Shown here: positions 12,512 through 24,335 of the stretch, piece by piece
Position numbering within the stretch: position 1 is the first letter of the stretch
How the letters are laid out: each line of letters starts with the position of its first letter
Assembly: GCA_051294905.1 (NCBI GenBank)
Contig: CM119372.1
Location: 8,992,001 to 9,056,000, forward strand
DNA length: 64,000 nt
Source of the DNA: Botryllus schlosseri
Lineage: Eukaryota
Reading direction: 5' to 3'
The notes under the pieces: generated by a model
What the model saw: the letters and a program-made list of their open reading frames with translations, nothing else
Told to the model about the DNA's origin: nothing
The model's database searches: none
Program-made: the position numbers and the translations under genes

Positions 12512-12592
12512 GCCATTCTCGGTGATGTCCGTTCTCGGTAATGTCCATTCTGGGTAATGTCCATTCCCGGTAATAGCATTCTCGGTAATAGT
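12512..12592. repeat. ~15-bp tandem repeat (CCATTCTCGGTAATGT-like, about 5 units), probably a transposon subterminal array
   Basis: Directly visible tandem units. Confidence 0.6.
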
Positions 12593-13267
12593 ATGAAACC
12601 ATGAAGTAGAGGCAGCCTGGTGATATCTATTTGAACACCGTAATACCCAGTATTACATATAAAGTCTACTAAGGAATCACATTTACTTGCATATTAAGTT
12701 GCACAGCTGAAAACAACAGTTTCAATAGTACTTTGTGACTACACACTCAAGCCACAGTTGCTGAAAGATGGGTTAATAACGACATAACTAACAACTAGTA
12801 ACATCCTAGAATAAAATGTGTGAACAATTTCTGGACTCGAACATTTCTGAGAATAATTAACATAGCATTCGTATATCATACATGCAATCAAGAGTCGACC
12901 TCAGTCAAAGTTCAGCTAATTTTGTCTCAAAATTGAGTAGAAGATTTGTTCAACATAAGACTTTGCCTTTGCAATATGAGCAGTTTAAATAATTGAATAA
13001 CAAAAATCCTAAATGCTGCTTTTGACAGCCATAAATACAAGCATGCATTACATAGGCTTCCATGAGAAATGCTTCCATGAGAAATAAAAAATATTTATAA
13101 CTCAAGATATTGGTAGTCGTTTTTCGCGATCATGCATAATCATTCGATATTAATTCTGATGTCATGAACTACATAGAATGGTCCTGCTCCAACGGCCGAC
13201 CAGCATTTTGTAAAACGTCGTTGAAGTACATTCGTTCAAGACACAGGTGAATACGAGATTGCTAGTA

Positions 13268-14089
13268 TCACATAGGAAGCAAATTTTCATCATCACCATC
13301 GTCATCATCGAGCTGCTCATCCGCAATTCCTCGATAAGGACGACTCGAATCGAAGCCCGAATCGTTGCAACGACACAAGAAATCACAACCATCAGCTTGC
13401 TTGTTTCCACAAGACCGCCAAAATCCAATATTCGGAACTTGGTCGACACCTTTGGAACCTAATACAAATCGTTTGTATAACATACCGAATGCAAGATACG
13501 CAAATAGCAACGACATGAAGACAATCAAGAAAACTGATCCAGAACTGAGTCCAGTGGATTTGGAAGAACAGGCCACACGACTTTCAAGCTCCATTAAGTA
13601 GAAGCAATCAGATAGAGGATTCTGGTTCTCTTCATATAAAACGGCAAAATTAGCAGCATCCACGTCTTGTCTGCAAGTGATAATGATATGAGCTTGTCGT
13701 TCTTTTCCATTACAGTGACTGTGGTATTTATCTCCGGATTTATATGTTAACATGATCCAATCTGTTCCTGTTTTTATGGAAGTGCTGTTAATTCGACCAA
13801 TAGTTTTCAAGTGAGGGTGTTCCGAGCCAAGCATTTTTTGTGTAATCCCTGCATGCTCTAGTCCTGGTGCTACATCCGTGCATATTGAAAAATCGTATTG
13901 ATACTGATCATGGTCATAGCTATCTTTGAAAGTATAAGAGAGAGTTTTTCCTTTTATTGGATCCAATCGGCTCAACCGTTCCTTGGAAGATGCTTCTTGT
14001 GACTGACAATCGGCAAGAACTGTTGTCAATGGAATGACCAGAGTAGCAATTGCAACTATTTCCAACATTCTATCTAGTCGTCGGTGCAT
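13268..14089 (-). CDS. M6PR: Cation-dependent mannose-6-phosphate receptor (CD-MPR) homolog, single coding exon
   Basis: 273-aa ORF with signal peptide, MRH domain (GITQK; WIMLTYKSGDKYHSHC...RQAHIIITC; EE...DCFYLMELESRVAC) and TM segment. Tail has KGVDQVPNIGFW, ADGCDFLCR, YRGI and the acidic dileucine end DDENLLPM. A likely 5'-UTR acceptor AG lies at 14105-14104. Confidence 0.95.
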   Translation of the reverse strand: MHRRLDRMLEIVAIATLVIPLTTVLADCQSQEASSKERLSRLDPIKGKTLSYTFKDSYDHDQYQYDFSICTDVAPGLEHAGITQKMLGSEHPHLKTIGRINSTSIKTGTDWIMLTYKSGDKYHSHCNGKERQAHIIITCRQDVDAANFAVLYEENQNPLSDCFYLMELESRVACSSKSTGLSSGSVFLIVFMSLLFAYLAFGMLYKRFVLGSKGVDQVPNIGFWRSCGNKQADGCDFLCRCNDSGFDSSRPYRGIADEQLDDDDGDDENLLPM

Positions 14090-14486
14090 TTTACGTACAA
14101 AACCTGGTAAGATGCCGTAACACAGTGATTAGTTTACTTGTTAAATCTGCAATTGTAAAGAGGCGGTTAGTTTTCAACGATGTCCATCACCAATGCCAGT
14201 ACCTTAAATGGTTACTGGCAATCTCCAATCATTGCTGCGGGCCCACTCTGGTTACCGGAGAGGCGGGGGATCCAGTAGCGCAGTACTCAAGTAGGTTTTA
14301 CGTATTTTCATTAGTTCTACTTACATTTTAGGTTTTGAATTTTATGAAGTAGAACTATGTTTCAAGATGTCTGATTGTCTGCATATGCAATAGGGCAAGA
14401 TAGCCCCTGGCTGAATCACAGGGATCTAAAACATTTTTGAAAACTTCACCTGTTTCTGTTTGTAGTGTCATTAATCATTTTCTATA

Positions 14487-14800
14487 CAATTGAATATTAT
14501 ATTCGTATTGAAATAAACCCGAATATTTTCGGCTGACACTCGTCAGGGGTATTCATCAGCAACTAGCAGAGAATCGGAAAGAACATTGTATATCAACAAT
14601 AGTATACAATGTTCTTTCCAATTCTCTACTAGTTGCTGCCGATTACCCCTGACGAGTGTCAGCCAAAAATATTCGGGTTTACTATGCAATTGTATATTCA
14701 AGTTCTGTCCCTCCAAGAATCTAATAATTTTGTATAAGTCACGAAGTGCATATTCCAAGTAGCCAACTACTAAAAGAATGCGAGGTGCGATCCCTTTACC
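14487..14800. repeat. Palindromic (fold-back) dispersed repeat family, copy A
   Basis: Arms ~14487-14591 and ~14604-14692 are inverted copies (CCGAATATTTTCGGCTGACACTCGTCAGGGGTA...CAGCAACTAG). Related copies at ~1-70, 15370-15556, 29658-29990, 32850-33045 and 34585-34745. Confidence 0.8.
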
Positions 14801-14869
14801 ACATCTACTTTTTTGAAAATTACGTATTCGAGTGGTTTTGATACCCTTCAATTTTTACTTCCATTTGAA

Positions 14870-15125
14870 GTAGTTCAGTTCGGTTTATTAAGAATTTCCA
14901 TCAATTCAAAACACCACAAGACTGTGATACTAAAAAGATAGGAAGGTGTCGAAACAACTTGGAGCAGTCTTTGAAATCAGACACCCACCTGGGCCTATGC
15001 GATGTAAAGAGGAGGCAGGCACATCCCACACTGAATGAAAAGTAAAAGAAGGTAATACAAAAAGACAAGCGACAAAATGAGGTGGCATGTGACGAAAGGC
15101 GAGATCGTCAGATCGTGTTCGGTCA
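14870..15125 (-). mobile_element. LINE 3'-UTR fragment, same family as 10870-11310
   Basis: TTCAAAACACCACAAGACTGTGATAC...GGAAGGTGTCGAAACAACTTGGAG...ATCAGACACCCACC...GCGACAAAATGAGGTGGCATGTG. Confidence 0.75.
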
Positions 15126-15369
15126 GATCGTCGTGGTTCGGTACAAAATCCCTGCTTCTACTTGTAATTTAACATCACTTCTCCAGAATCCATACCTAAG
15201 GCTGGGCGATTAATCATCATTATCTGATAGGTATCCCTACTGGAATCTCGGTGTTTTGTCTGATATATCAGGTGAGCAGCGATGATTCTCCAAGTTAAAG
15301 TAATTTAATAAAAATTAATACGTAGTGTGAGCACAGGACACCGATTCCATACAGGGCCAGGGCCCAGGG

Positions 15370-15556
15370 GTAAAGGACTCGCACCTCGCATTCTTTTAGT
15401 AGTTGGCTACTTGGAATATGCACTTCGTGACTTATACAAAATGAATAGCTTCTTGGAGGTACAGAACTTCAATATGCAACTGAATAGCATATTCATATTG
15501 AAATACACCCGAATATTTTCGGCTGACACTCGTCAGGGGTAATCGTCAGCAACTAT
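15370..15556. repeat. Palindromic family partial copy B, inverted relative to 14625-14800
   Basis: Both copies give the same pseudo-ORF text APRILLVVGYLEYALRDLYK, on opposite strands. Confidence 0.8.
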
Positions 15557-18500
15557 TAGGCATTCGCGGTATTTTGCAATGAATCATGTAGCCTAGAGAG
15601 AAAGAGAGTCGCACAGTCTGTGGAATCAGAAATAAATAATACTACCCTGCTGTGAAATTTGCATGGAAGTCAAAACACCACGGATACCGAACACAAACTC
15701 CGCAATTAATCAAACTATCGATATCCCGCCCTAGTCTTGTGACCATCCCATCACCTCGCAGCTTTATAAGATGAACCGACACCGAAACTCTGCACTCTGC
15801 AGCACATCAGCAGTAATACTGGTGTGCACCGAATCGGAACCACTTTAGCGCAAAAAAACGTAACTGTGATTTGGTCAAAACAGTTCAGATTTTGCTCGTT
15901 TACGAAATATTCCACTTTGCATACGGTCAAACGTGTGCATTCTTGTAATGCGATCGAAATTAAGCTTTAAAAACATTCAATGCCTTAATTAGAAGATCGA
16001 AAAAAAAAAACCAAAAAGACTGCAAGGGACTATAACTGAACATCGCAGATGCCATTATTTTCGTCACAATAAAATATATGTGAGGTAGTGGAAATAACAA
16101 AAGTGACGTATGTTGCATTCCATACTAACGAGTAGTATTCGAGTAAAGTCGTTTTTCGCAACGGTGCGACATGGATTCCTATTGTACGTCAATCATACTA
16201 AAGCGGGAAGACGAAACGGAATTTTCGTCGGAACTCTTGGGAATGTTTACTCCGCATTCGAAGTTTGTGAACAAGGGGCATAAGAAAGTAAGTTTTGTAG
16301 GAGACTACTCGGTTCCGAATGAGCCGCAATTCTGGTTTACCGGGTGCCTACCGCCGATATCCCTTGTCAGACGAATTGCCTCGATGGCTGGGACACCTGT
16401 GAAAATCTCCACGATGAAGACTCGCCGTTTCAGTGTGCGAATAACCACCCTTACTTGTGTGAGCTGTGTAATGTCTCAAGATTTTGCAATACTTATGCAC
16501 ATTAGGCTATCTCATTAGAGCGTTACAACTCGTCCAAATGTCGCTGTCGGATGGCGATGAAACTTCTCTACCGTCACGGACCGGCTGCACCAATGAAGAA
16601 ATCAAACGACGAAGCAGAATTCCTAATACTCTGAATCTCACCATTCGACGGAGCAAGTGATATATATTTGGCAAACGTACATAGGTGGATATTGGCACAA
16701 ATTGTTCGTTCGTCAGGAGTACCCGCTGTGTTCAAAATGGTCAGCAGGCGTGTGCGTTCATGCGTGGCTTCGGAAATCATCCCTCGCTCAGATACGACAG
16801 CAAGTTTCCGACACTCTTTCAGGGCATTCGAGAAATTCAATACGAATTTAAACCGATTGTTGATCATCAGGAACATGCTGATGCGTATCGGTAAGCGTGT
16901 GATAAGGTAGACCCGGGTATAGGCCTATGCAAGATTCGAAACCAACATCCTGAATTCCACTACCAATCCGCTCCTTAAGCCTACAATAATGTTGATATTT
17001 TCAAAAATTGAGATTACAAATTGAGATTGTAAATTCTGGTTCTGGGCTTAGCATATCTTTAGTGTCTCGCGGCAACTCTCGGCCGGAAACTAGAAAAAGT
17101 ATCTAGTCTATAAACTAACATATATGGCATTGTTTATCATCAAGAAAACAGATCCCCCCCGTTCTATTTGTTCCTCCCGATTCAATTGCTCATGGCTACC
17201 GCTATACATTTTCATTCTCACCAGGAACTCATACACCAACATTCTAATTCGAAACTTTCGAGAACTTCATCAGGTTACATCACCGGCGGGAGAGAGGGGG
17301 CAAAGAGGAGCTAGAATGAGCATGTCTGCTGGGTCGACTTCAATTAAATCAAAAAGCGAACCGGGAGTAAGTTCAGTAGGCCTATATCGTAGGGTAGCGG
17401 TGGCCAACCTGCAACATGCCACATGCAATTTACGAACCATCGGGCGGGGTCCACGCTTGAATGTTGATGACCTTTTTTAGTTGTCCGATAGGCGCGAACC
17501 GGATTAGGTAACGGTGAAAACAATACGTATCATACTACGCATCAAAGTAGATAACATTTAGATGTCATGGAAATTCAGTGTGCGCAGTTATATGTCCAAG
17601 CCGCGCGAAGTGAGAAAAGTTGTTGAAGGTAAAATGAATTCGGTCAATAGTATTGTTACTTGCATATATTGCGGGTCTCCTCCGATGGGTTCAGATTGCA
17701 AGGACAGGACTAATCGGTGTCTGGACACATCAATATCGAAGGTTTCGCTCAACATGCGTCTATCATTTTGTTCCAAGGTTTCATCGCCGACGATCTTTTT
17801 GTGAGCGCAAACGCGAAGTCGCATGTTCTCTCGCGAATGTAGTTAGATTCGATTGTGGAAAATAGGCGTATTTTTCCTTATAATATTTATTTGGAGGAGT
17901 ACCAATATCAAAATCAAGTAACCTATAGTGACTAATAGCTCTTTACTACTGAGCGTTGATGGTAATATCACTATAAGGGACAAAATGCGAATGCTGATTG
18001 TTTTTAGATTAGCCCACAAAGTAGTCCCAACAGAAAGGGTGCATCGTCTCCGTCCCCTGTGATTTATAGCGATCAGTGCCAGACTGGACCCATTGTCATT
18101 CTATCAGGGACGAACATCAGCTCTAAACAGCACGGCTTCTCTCCGTCAACAAGTAAATGGTTCAGTCTCTACTTCATGTCTAAGTAGCTTTATTAGTCAT
18201 TGCCCATTGGGCTTGAATGACTGATTTGATTCCAATTCATAATATCGTCACCCGGTACACAGCAATTGAATTCTTCATGAATTGAGAGGGGGTATAGACT
18301 GCGAGTCATCTTGCTTCATCGCGTCGATGTTGGATGGGAGTTGAATATAATTTCCGTGAAAATGTGTCGTGCATTAAATACATTGTAGTCACTATAGAGA
18401 TGTAATTTTGTTACTTGCTGGAGTTGAAAAGAATCCCTACATTACTTGAATAATCTCAATCAATAGTCGACTCGGGTTCGATTAGCCTGCTCGAAATCCT

Positions 18501-19119
18501 CATGCGACCGATCGTAGTTGTCCAATGTTGTCCATATTGTCCATGTACTTCAGGCGCTTGTCTTTTTCCAAAATCGACAATGGAGGTAAACACTGTTGGG
18601 TCGCGTTCATCACCGCATCGGCCTTTCGGGGAGCAATCAACGAAGGTAGCGTGCAAAAACACAGCGAAATATCGTTATTGTATATATATCATACGTTATT
18701 CTGCGATTCTTTTCGTGAGGCGGAACACTCGAAATCTGTGAAAAACAATGCGAAGCAACAGTCCGGTGATTTGTTATTTCTGAAGCGGAAGAATTACAAC
18801 GGCCGAATGGAAGTGGTTAGCAGATCCAGGTCTGTGCAATCCACATGTAGTAATGACGGTAATCATACCAACTTCACTCTGCCATATTATATACCTAACG
18901 GTAGCGACAAAGCTATCCTCGCCTGCCGATAACGAACAGAGACAGGACGCGGTTAGTTTCCGATTTGCCAATTATCCCGAAATTACACGCGGGCAACACA
19001 GCCCAATGCGTATGCGAGGGCATTGTCATTTGATTTTCATAGAAGTCTAACAACCTATACTTTGCTTCTACCTACAAATAATTCGAATATATTATCCATG
19101 CCATGGAACGACTTATAAA

Positions 19120-19635
19120 TAGGGCTGGGCAAAATCGAGTAGCTGAGTGATTCGATTCTGAATCACGTAATATGCTTCGAGTCGAGTCGAGTAATCGAGT
19201 ATCACTCATTATGACGTCATAACTGAATGTAATAAGTCAAAGTTCAAATATGTACCGTTTATGCCACCATAAAGAATATAATGCCTCTTATATATCTCAT
19301 AAATGATACTTTGGTATTATTTTGTCCATCCGATTTCATTCCACTTGGTGACAATTCGGTGGCATAATCATGATTTTGGAAATGTGCTACGTCCAGTAAC
19401 TTTCCTAGCTTTGTACTATATGTTTCGTATGCTACGATACCGCCAATCAAGGTTTCAAGGCTTCAACAGTGAAAATTAGTATTGAAACTATAATTCTCGT
19501 TAATAAATTAACTTTCAGTGGCGAGGAGCGTATAATTTCAGTGCTCAAAAATATCGTATTTTACTACTCGACTCGAATCATTAAAATTAATACTCGATTC
19601 AGATTCGAGTACTCGAATCATTTTGCCCAGCCCTA
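19120..19635. mobile_element. hAT-type MITE with TCGAG/TCGAT subterminal repeats
   Basis: TIRs TAGGGCTGGGCAAAAT / ATTTTGCCCAGCCCTA and a perfect 8-bp TSD CTTATAAA. Confidence 0.88.
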
Positions 19636-22600
19636 CTTATAAATGCAACTCTGTTGAGTAGAGCTACAATGTGAAATTATACGAATTACCCTATAACATA
19701 GTTACTTATGGTTCGGTCATAGCAGCATAAATACACGAGCGAATTGGTATTTGACGCCTCGTCTGTATTCCGCTGATTCTGTGACGTCACATTTTTTCAG
19801 CACGCACCCGTGACTTCGTGCACCTTGCGCGCACAATTAAAATTAATCAAACGTTTATGTCTGCGTTATAATGTAAACGCTGTATAGAGTTGGGTTCGTC
19901 ATGCCAACGGGTATAAATATTACGGCGGTGAAACTACGTAGTACCAGCAAATGCGATAAAAATGAACTATATTATCATTATCGAGTATTCGAAATGTGTG
20001 AGATTTGGTATTGCTAAAGCGCGATATTTTTGTTTCAACAGCACAAAGGGACGGAATTGTCCCTCGCCGACAGCAACTCAGCGGACTTCGCCATTCGGAA
20101 AAGTACCGGTTCGCGTAAGGAGATCTTCGCCATCCATTCGCGGACGGAGAGATCCGTCGGCTGGGTTTCAAGGAGGTTGCAAATATGTTTGCAGCTATAT
20201 GATATTTTGTACGCTAAATTGTCATTGTATGCTTCATTTAGGTAATCGATTCTTATCAATTGCTGTTGCCACGCACACAGTAGCATCTCCGTACCGCTCC
20301 AGTGCATCACATTCAGAAGAAGAGTTGTCACTCCGGGGAAATATGAGATGAAAGATGCTATATCCCCATAAATGACATATAGCAATCATTATAATCCGAA
20401 TATCCTTGTGTTATCAAATGCGTATGAAAACTTGAAATACTGTTCCCAGATCTCTACGACTGCTGTTTCGCTAGTTTATGCATATACTTTATGTGTGAAA
20501 TGAAGCCAAAATGTATAACCGATGTGCTACAACGCAACACAACAGATATGATAAAATTGACAGCATATTGTCCACAGTAAAAGTATACCGGCTGTCGTCT
20601 CATTACTTTCATCGGGATAGCGTATCCTCGGTTCCGGCGCTCGTCCGCCATTACGCCAACAAGACTAGCCTAATTTGTAATGGTGGAGAGAAATTCCTGG
20701 TGAAGGCTCCAGCTTGGTCACGTGACGCAGCTGGTTCGGAAGACGTCGGTTATAACACGACGCAATACAAACGAGCTATTAATTTTCCGATATAAGAATC
20801 CACCATTATAATTCTCAGCTCGTGGCATTGCTAAACATTGAACTTAAACGAATAAGCGGATGCAGTTGGTATGCATAAGCGTATCTCATTGAGAGCAGAT
20901 TTAGGAATTGTGACAGAGGAAGTCTAGTTCCGCGCACGAGAGTTTTATGTTGGTAACTGACCACGGGCCACAGCAAGGAATGGTACTACCGAAAATCACC
21001 ATCTCTATGCCCATTTTTCGTAAAGTAGGACATTTTCAGTCAGTACGAAGCTTGTAAGTGGTGGGCATGTGATGGACCATTCCATGGAAAAAGGTTTATA
21101 GGTGGGTAAAGAAGGGTCGTCTGGCTCGTTTTAATCCGCCGCCTTGTGAATCGAGTAACCTCACAGTTCAGATATCATGTTTGTTGATACAAAAAAGGCA
21201 TTAGTTATGCGGCATTTAAATCACGTGATAGCGGAGGCACACGGCTGTCAAGTATTGTCGTATACGTTTGTGAAATTACTACCACTAAATTAAAGCTCGT
21301 ACGCCGGGATAAAGACCGCGAGTGCTAAGAGAATGCTTTAGGTGAAGAGCAGTAGACGCAACCCCGATAGAAAAAAGGATGTCCGCACGCCTACCGACTC
21401 CCCGAAACAAAGCAGTGAACTCGTGGATTGGCTGTTGCTACGACGATTACGAGAAAAAGTTGCAAACGGGACTGGCAAAGAGGACGTCAATCACCGAGAG
21501 TAGGCGCATTAGTAAGAATATAGGTGATCGAGTTGGTAAACTAATTCTGCTTTAGTGAAAATGAGGGGTTCGTCAATTTAAGGCAGCAAATATATTGGAA
21601 ACTCAAAACTTGAACGAATCAGCGCACCGTCCTCTCTAGACTCCGCAAAAGCTATAGTATTGACAACGCTATTCTTCACCGTAGAACTTGGGAAACACTG
21701 TTTAACAATAATTACTTTGAGCATCTTCATTAGTGCCGTGCGATAGCAGTGGTATGGTGTAAACAGAAGCAATTAAGAAGACTTTTCAGAGGGGATAGCT
21801 TTCTAAGTTGATATTGTATTTCATTGCTCGGCCGCCATACATTGATACGCGACCTGAGTTGTTACGTTTATTTTCAGAGTGGCCGCTGCGTACATTTTTG
21901 CTATAGCGAAATTACGTAATGGAAGAGAAAAGCACTGAAAGCGATCCGCGTCGACTCTTCATATTCATCCGCGCAAGAAAATGTTATGCATTATGACAAT
22001 TTAGTGAACTTGCTTGCTATTCCACGCACGGGGGTATGACGATGGAGACGTGCTTCATCGTTCTGGGGACTTTCTAATCCCGCACACTGGATTTTGTTTG
22101 ATGAGAAATCCAACTCACACTATGTGCCCCACCATCATTGTGTCCTGTGTGGGAGGGTTGACAATGGCCCAACTGACCCCAGTATTGTTTTCTGGATCTA
22201 CCGACTGAACAAAGAGGCATGGAAAATATGCCAGATAATTTGTTGGCCCGCTATCAGTGGATATTTTTGTGAAATTACAACTCATACGGGTCATACAAAG
22301 GTCTGTGACGAAATGTTCACAGACGCTTGGCGCGCGTGCTTCGTTTCCGGACTGGCATAAAATCACACATTTCATCAATTCCAAACACATCCCCATCATC
22401 TACAACTCCCGAATTCTTCTGACTGCAATGCATATGAAAAAATACATGAATATTCTTAATTGGGCATTACATCTGGCATTTTCAATCACAGCGGTATGCG
22501 GTTCCCGTGTCCGTTCCGGCCCTCTTCGAGGTCAAATCTGTCTATTTCAAACAAAGCTATCCGCTGCTACTGTAAGGGAGGGGATTTATTGAACGATTGA

Positions 22601-22689
22601 CCGTTCGACATCTCACGGGAACTGCGTTGACGCCAAAATTTCTGAAGTTTGATGCCAGGATACAAGCCAAACAAGGAAACGGCTCTACT

Positions 22690-22850
22690 TACAATGGCGG
22701 CATGTGAACGCTAAGCGTCGAAAGGCGCGCTTCGGTTGGTCGGCCATCTTGAAATTTTATCGAGTACTGTTGCTGCTGTTAGCGAGCGGAATTATTTTTA
22801 AAACGACTAAAGATTCAACGGAAAATGATACATCGGAAAGATTCTAAGGT
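22690..22850. promoter_or_regulatory. Probable bidirectional promoter region upstream of the INO80D-like gene
   Basis: CpG-rich patch with YY1-type CGGCCATCTT (22741-22750). A - strand donor GTAAGT lies at ~22692 and a + strand donor AAG|GTAAAG at ~22848. Confidence 0.4.
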
Positions 22851-24335
22851 AAAGAGGTATTTAGTTACTGTATATAATGATACTGGCTTTCTGTTCGTTC
22901 TACAACTTGAACTGTACTAGCCGTCGGTAGGTTAGCTTCTGGCTTGCGGTAGGCAGGAGCTTTGTTTCCGCATGCCGCTAACCACATATTGAGGTATATT
23001 TATTTCGATTTCAATGCTTTACCGCTATTTTTCTCCTAGATTAAAGTATCTTGAGCATCATGATAACAGGATATCATATTAACTGGAGTATGTTTTTATT
23101 GAACACGGGCAGCGACCGACTTAACGGCCGCGAGCGCTGCACTTCGTCTCCCGATCAATACGGGATGCCCGGAGTGGACATTAAATCCAACACACTGTAC
23201 TAGTGATTGCGAAAACTAGTATTATTCAGTGATACACACTTTATTACTTGCAGACTCAATTCAAAGGAAATCATGTATTGTTTGGTGGGAGGTGAATGCA
23301 TATCAAGTTTCGATTCATTTTATCATTTTGAGAAGTCTTTATTGAGTTCAAGTGTGCATCCCCATCACTGCTGCAGGTATAAATTTTGTTGTTGGCTGTG
23401 CTTGCTCAATGTTATCGATGCCATTTTTACCTCTGAATTGCGATACGGTAGTTAATTGCACATAGTAGCATTTGCATCAAAGCAATCAAGTTTGGAATTT
23501 GTACTTGCGTATTTCAATTAGCCAAAGCCCTATCTTAGTCGGTCGTAGTTGTGTGTTGGAGCTGATGAGAAATTGTGCAGAATGAAAAAAGTATAACTTT
23601 AATTTCTCGAGAACCCGTTGATTTATTGTAAAACCTTTAGAGAGCAGCACAAAATGTAAGTGGATTTTATATAACAATTTGCTCAAGCATATTCAACCTT
23701 TGTCGTCTGTTAGCTGTGTCTGTCAAAATGTATGTAGATTTGACATAGCTCTTTGCTCAATAATATTCAACCATTTGCAGTCTGTTAGCTATTCACTTGT
23801 TCTTGAAATAACTTGCATAATTGATCCAAGGAGTATTATTTCTCAATGGTGTGTTATGGTAGGGAAATGCAAAGTGTACAAGTACTTGATTTGCATCTCG
23901 AATTGAAGCTACTGTCACTAATTAAAATGTAGCATATCCAGATTAATAAGTATTTTCAAGCAATGATCAGGTATTATAGTATCAGACGCTGTGTTGTGTT
24001 GCTGTATTTTACGACTTCTACAATTATTTGTGATACTTCAATGAACGGGTCATTTTCCCATGACCTTCTTAGTGGCAATCAGATGAATTACAAGGTTAGC
24101 TGCATTGAAACATAGCTCATGTAAGCTCCTGATGTAACTCATTATACTCTTGCTATGTAGCTTCTGTTACTGCAGTAATGGTGACGATAGTGTCTGGAAC
24201 TTTCGGGCTACATGTATTCATATATCAGTAAAGTTTTAAGAAATTTTTTGATACATTGTTGAACTGAAATGTCGTTAATTGCTTGTTTCAAGCATCTGAC
24301 TTGAAGTGTGTGTCGCTTGAAGGTGAGCACTGGAC

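Noticed and set aside
13055..13085. Tandem duplication GCTTCCATGAGAAAT in the M6PR 3' region
   Set aside because: A real but ordinary slippage-type duplication with no evident consequence.
14543..15542. Paralogous ORFs containing APRILLVVGYLEYALRDLYK
   Set aside because: Chance ORFs inside two inverted copies of a non-coding dispersed repeat.
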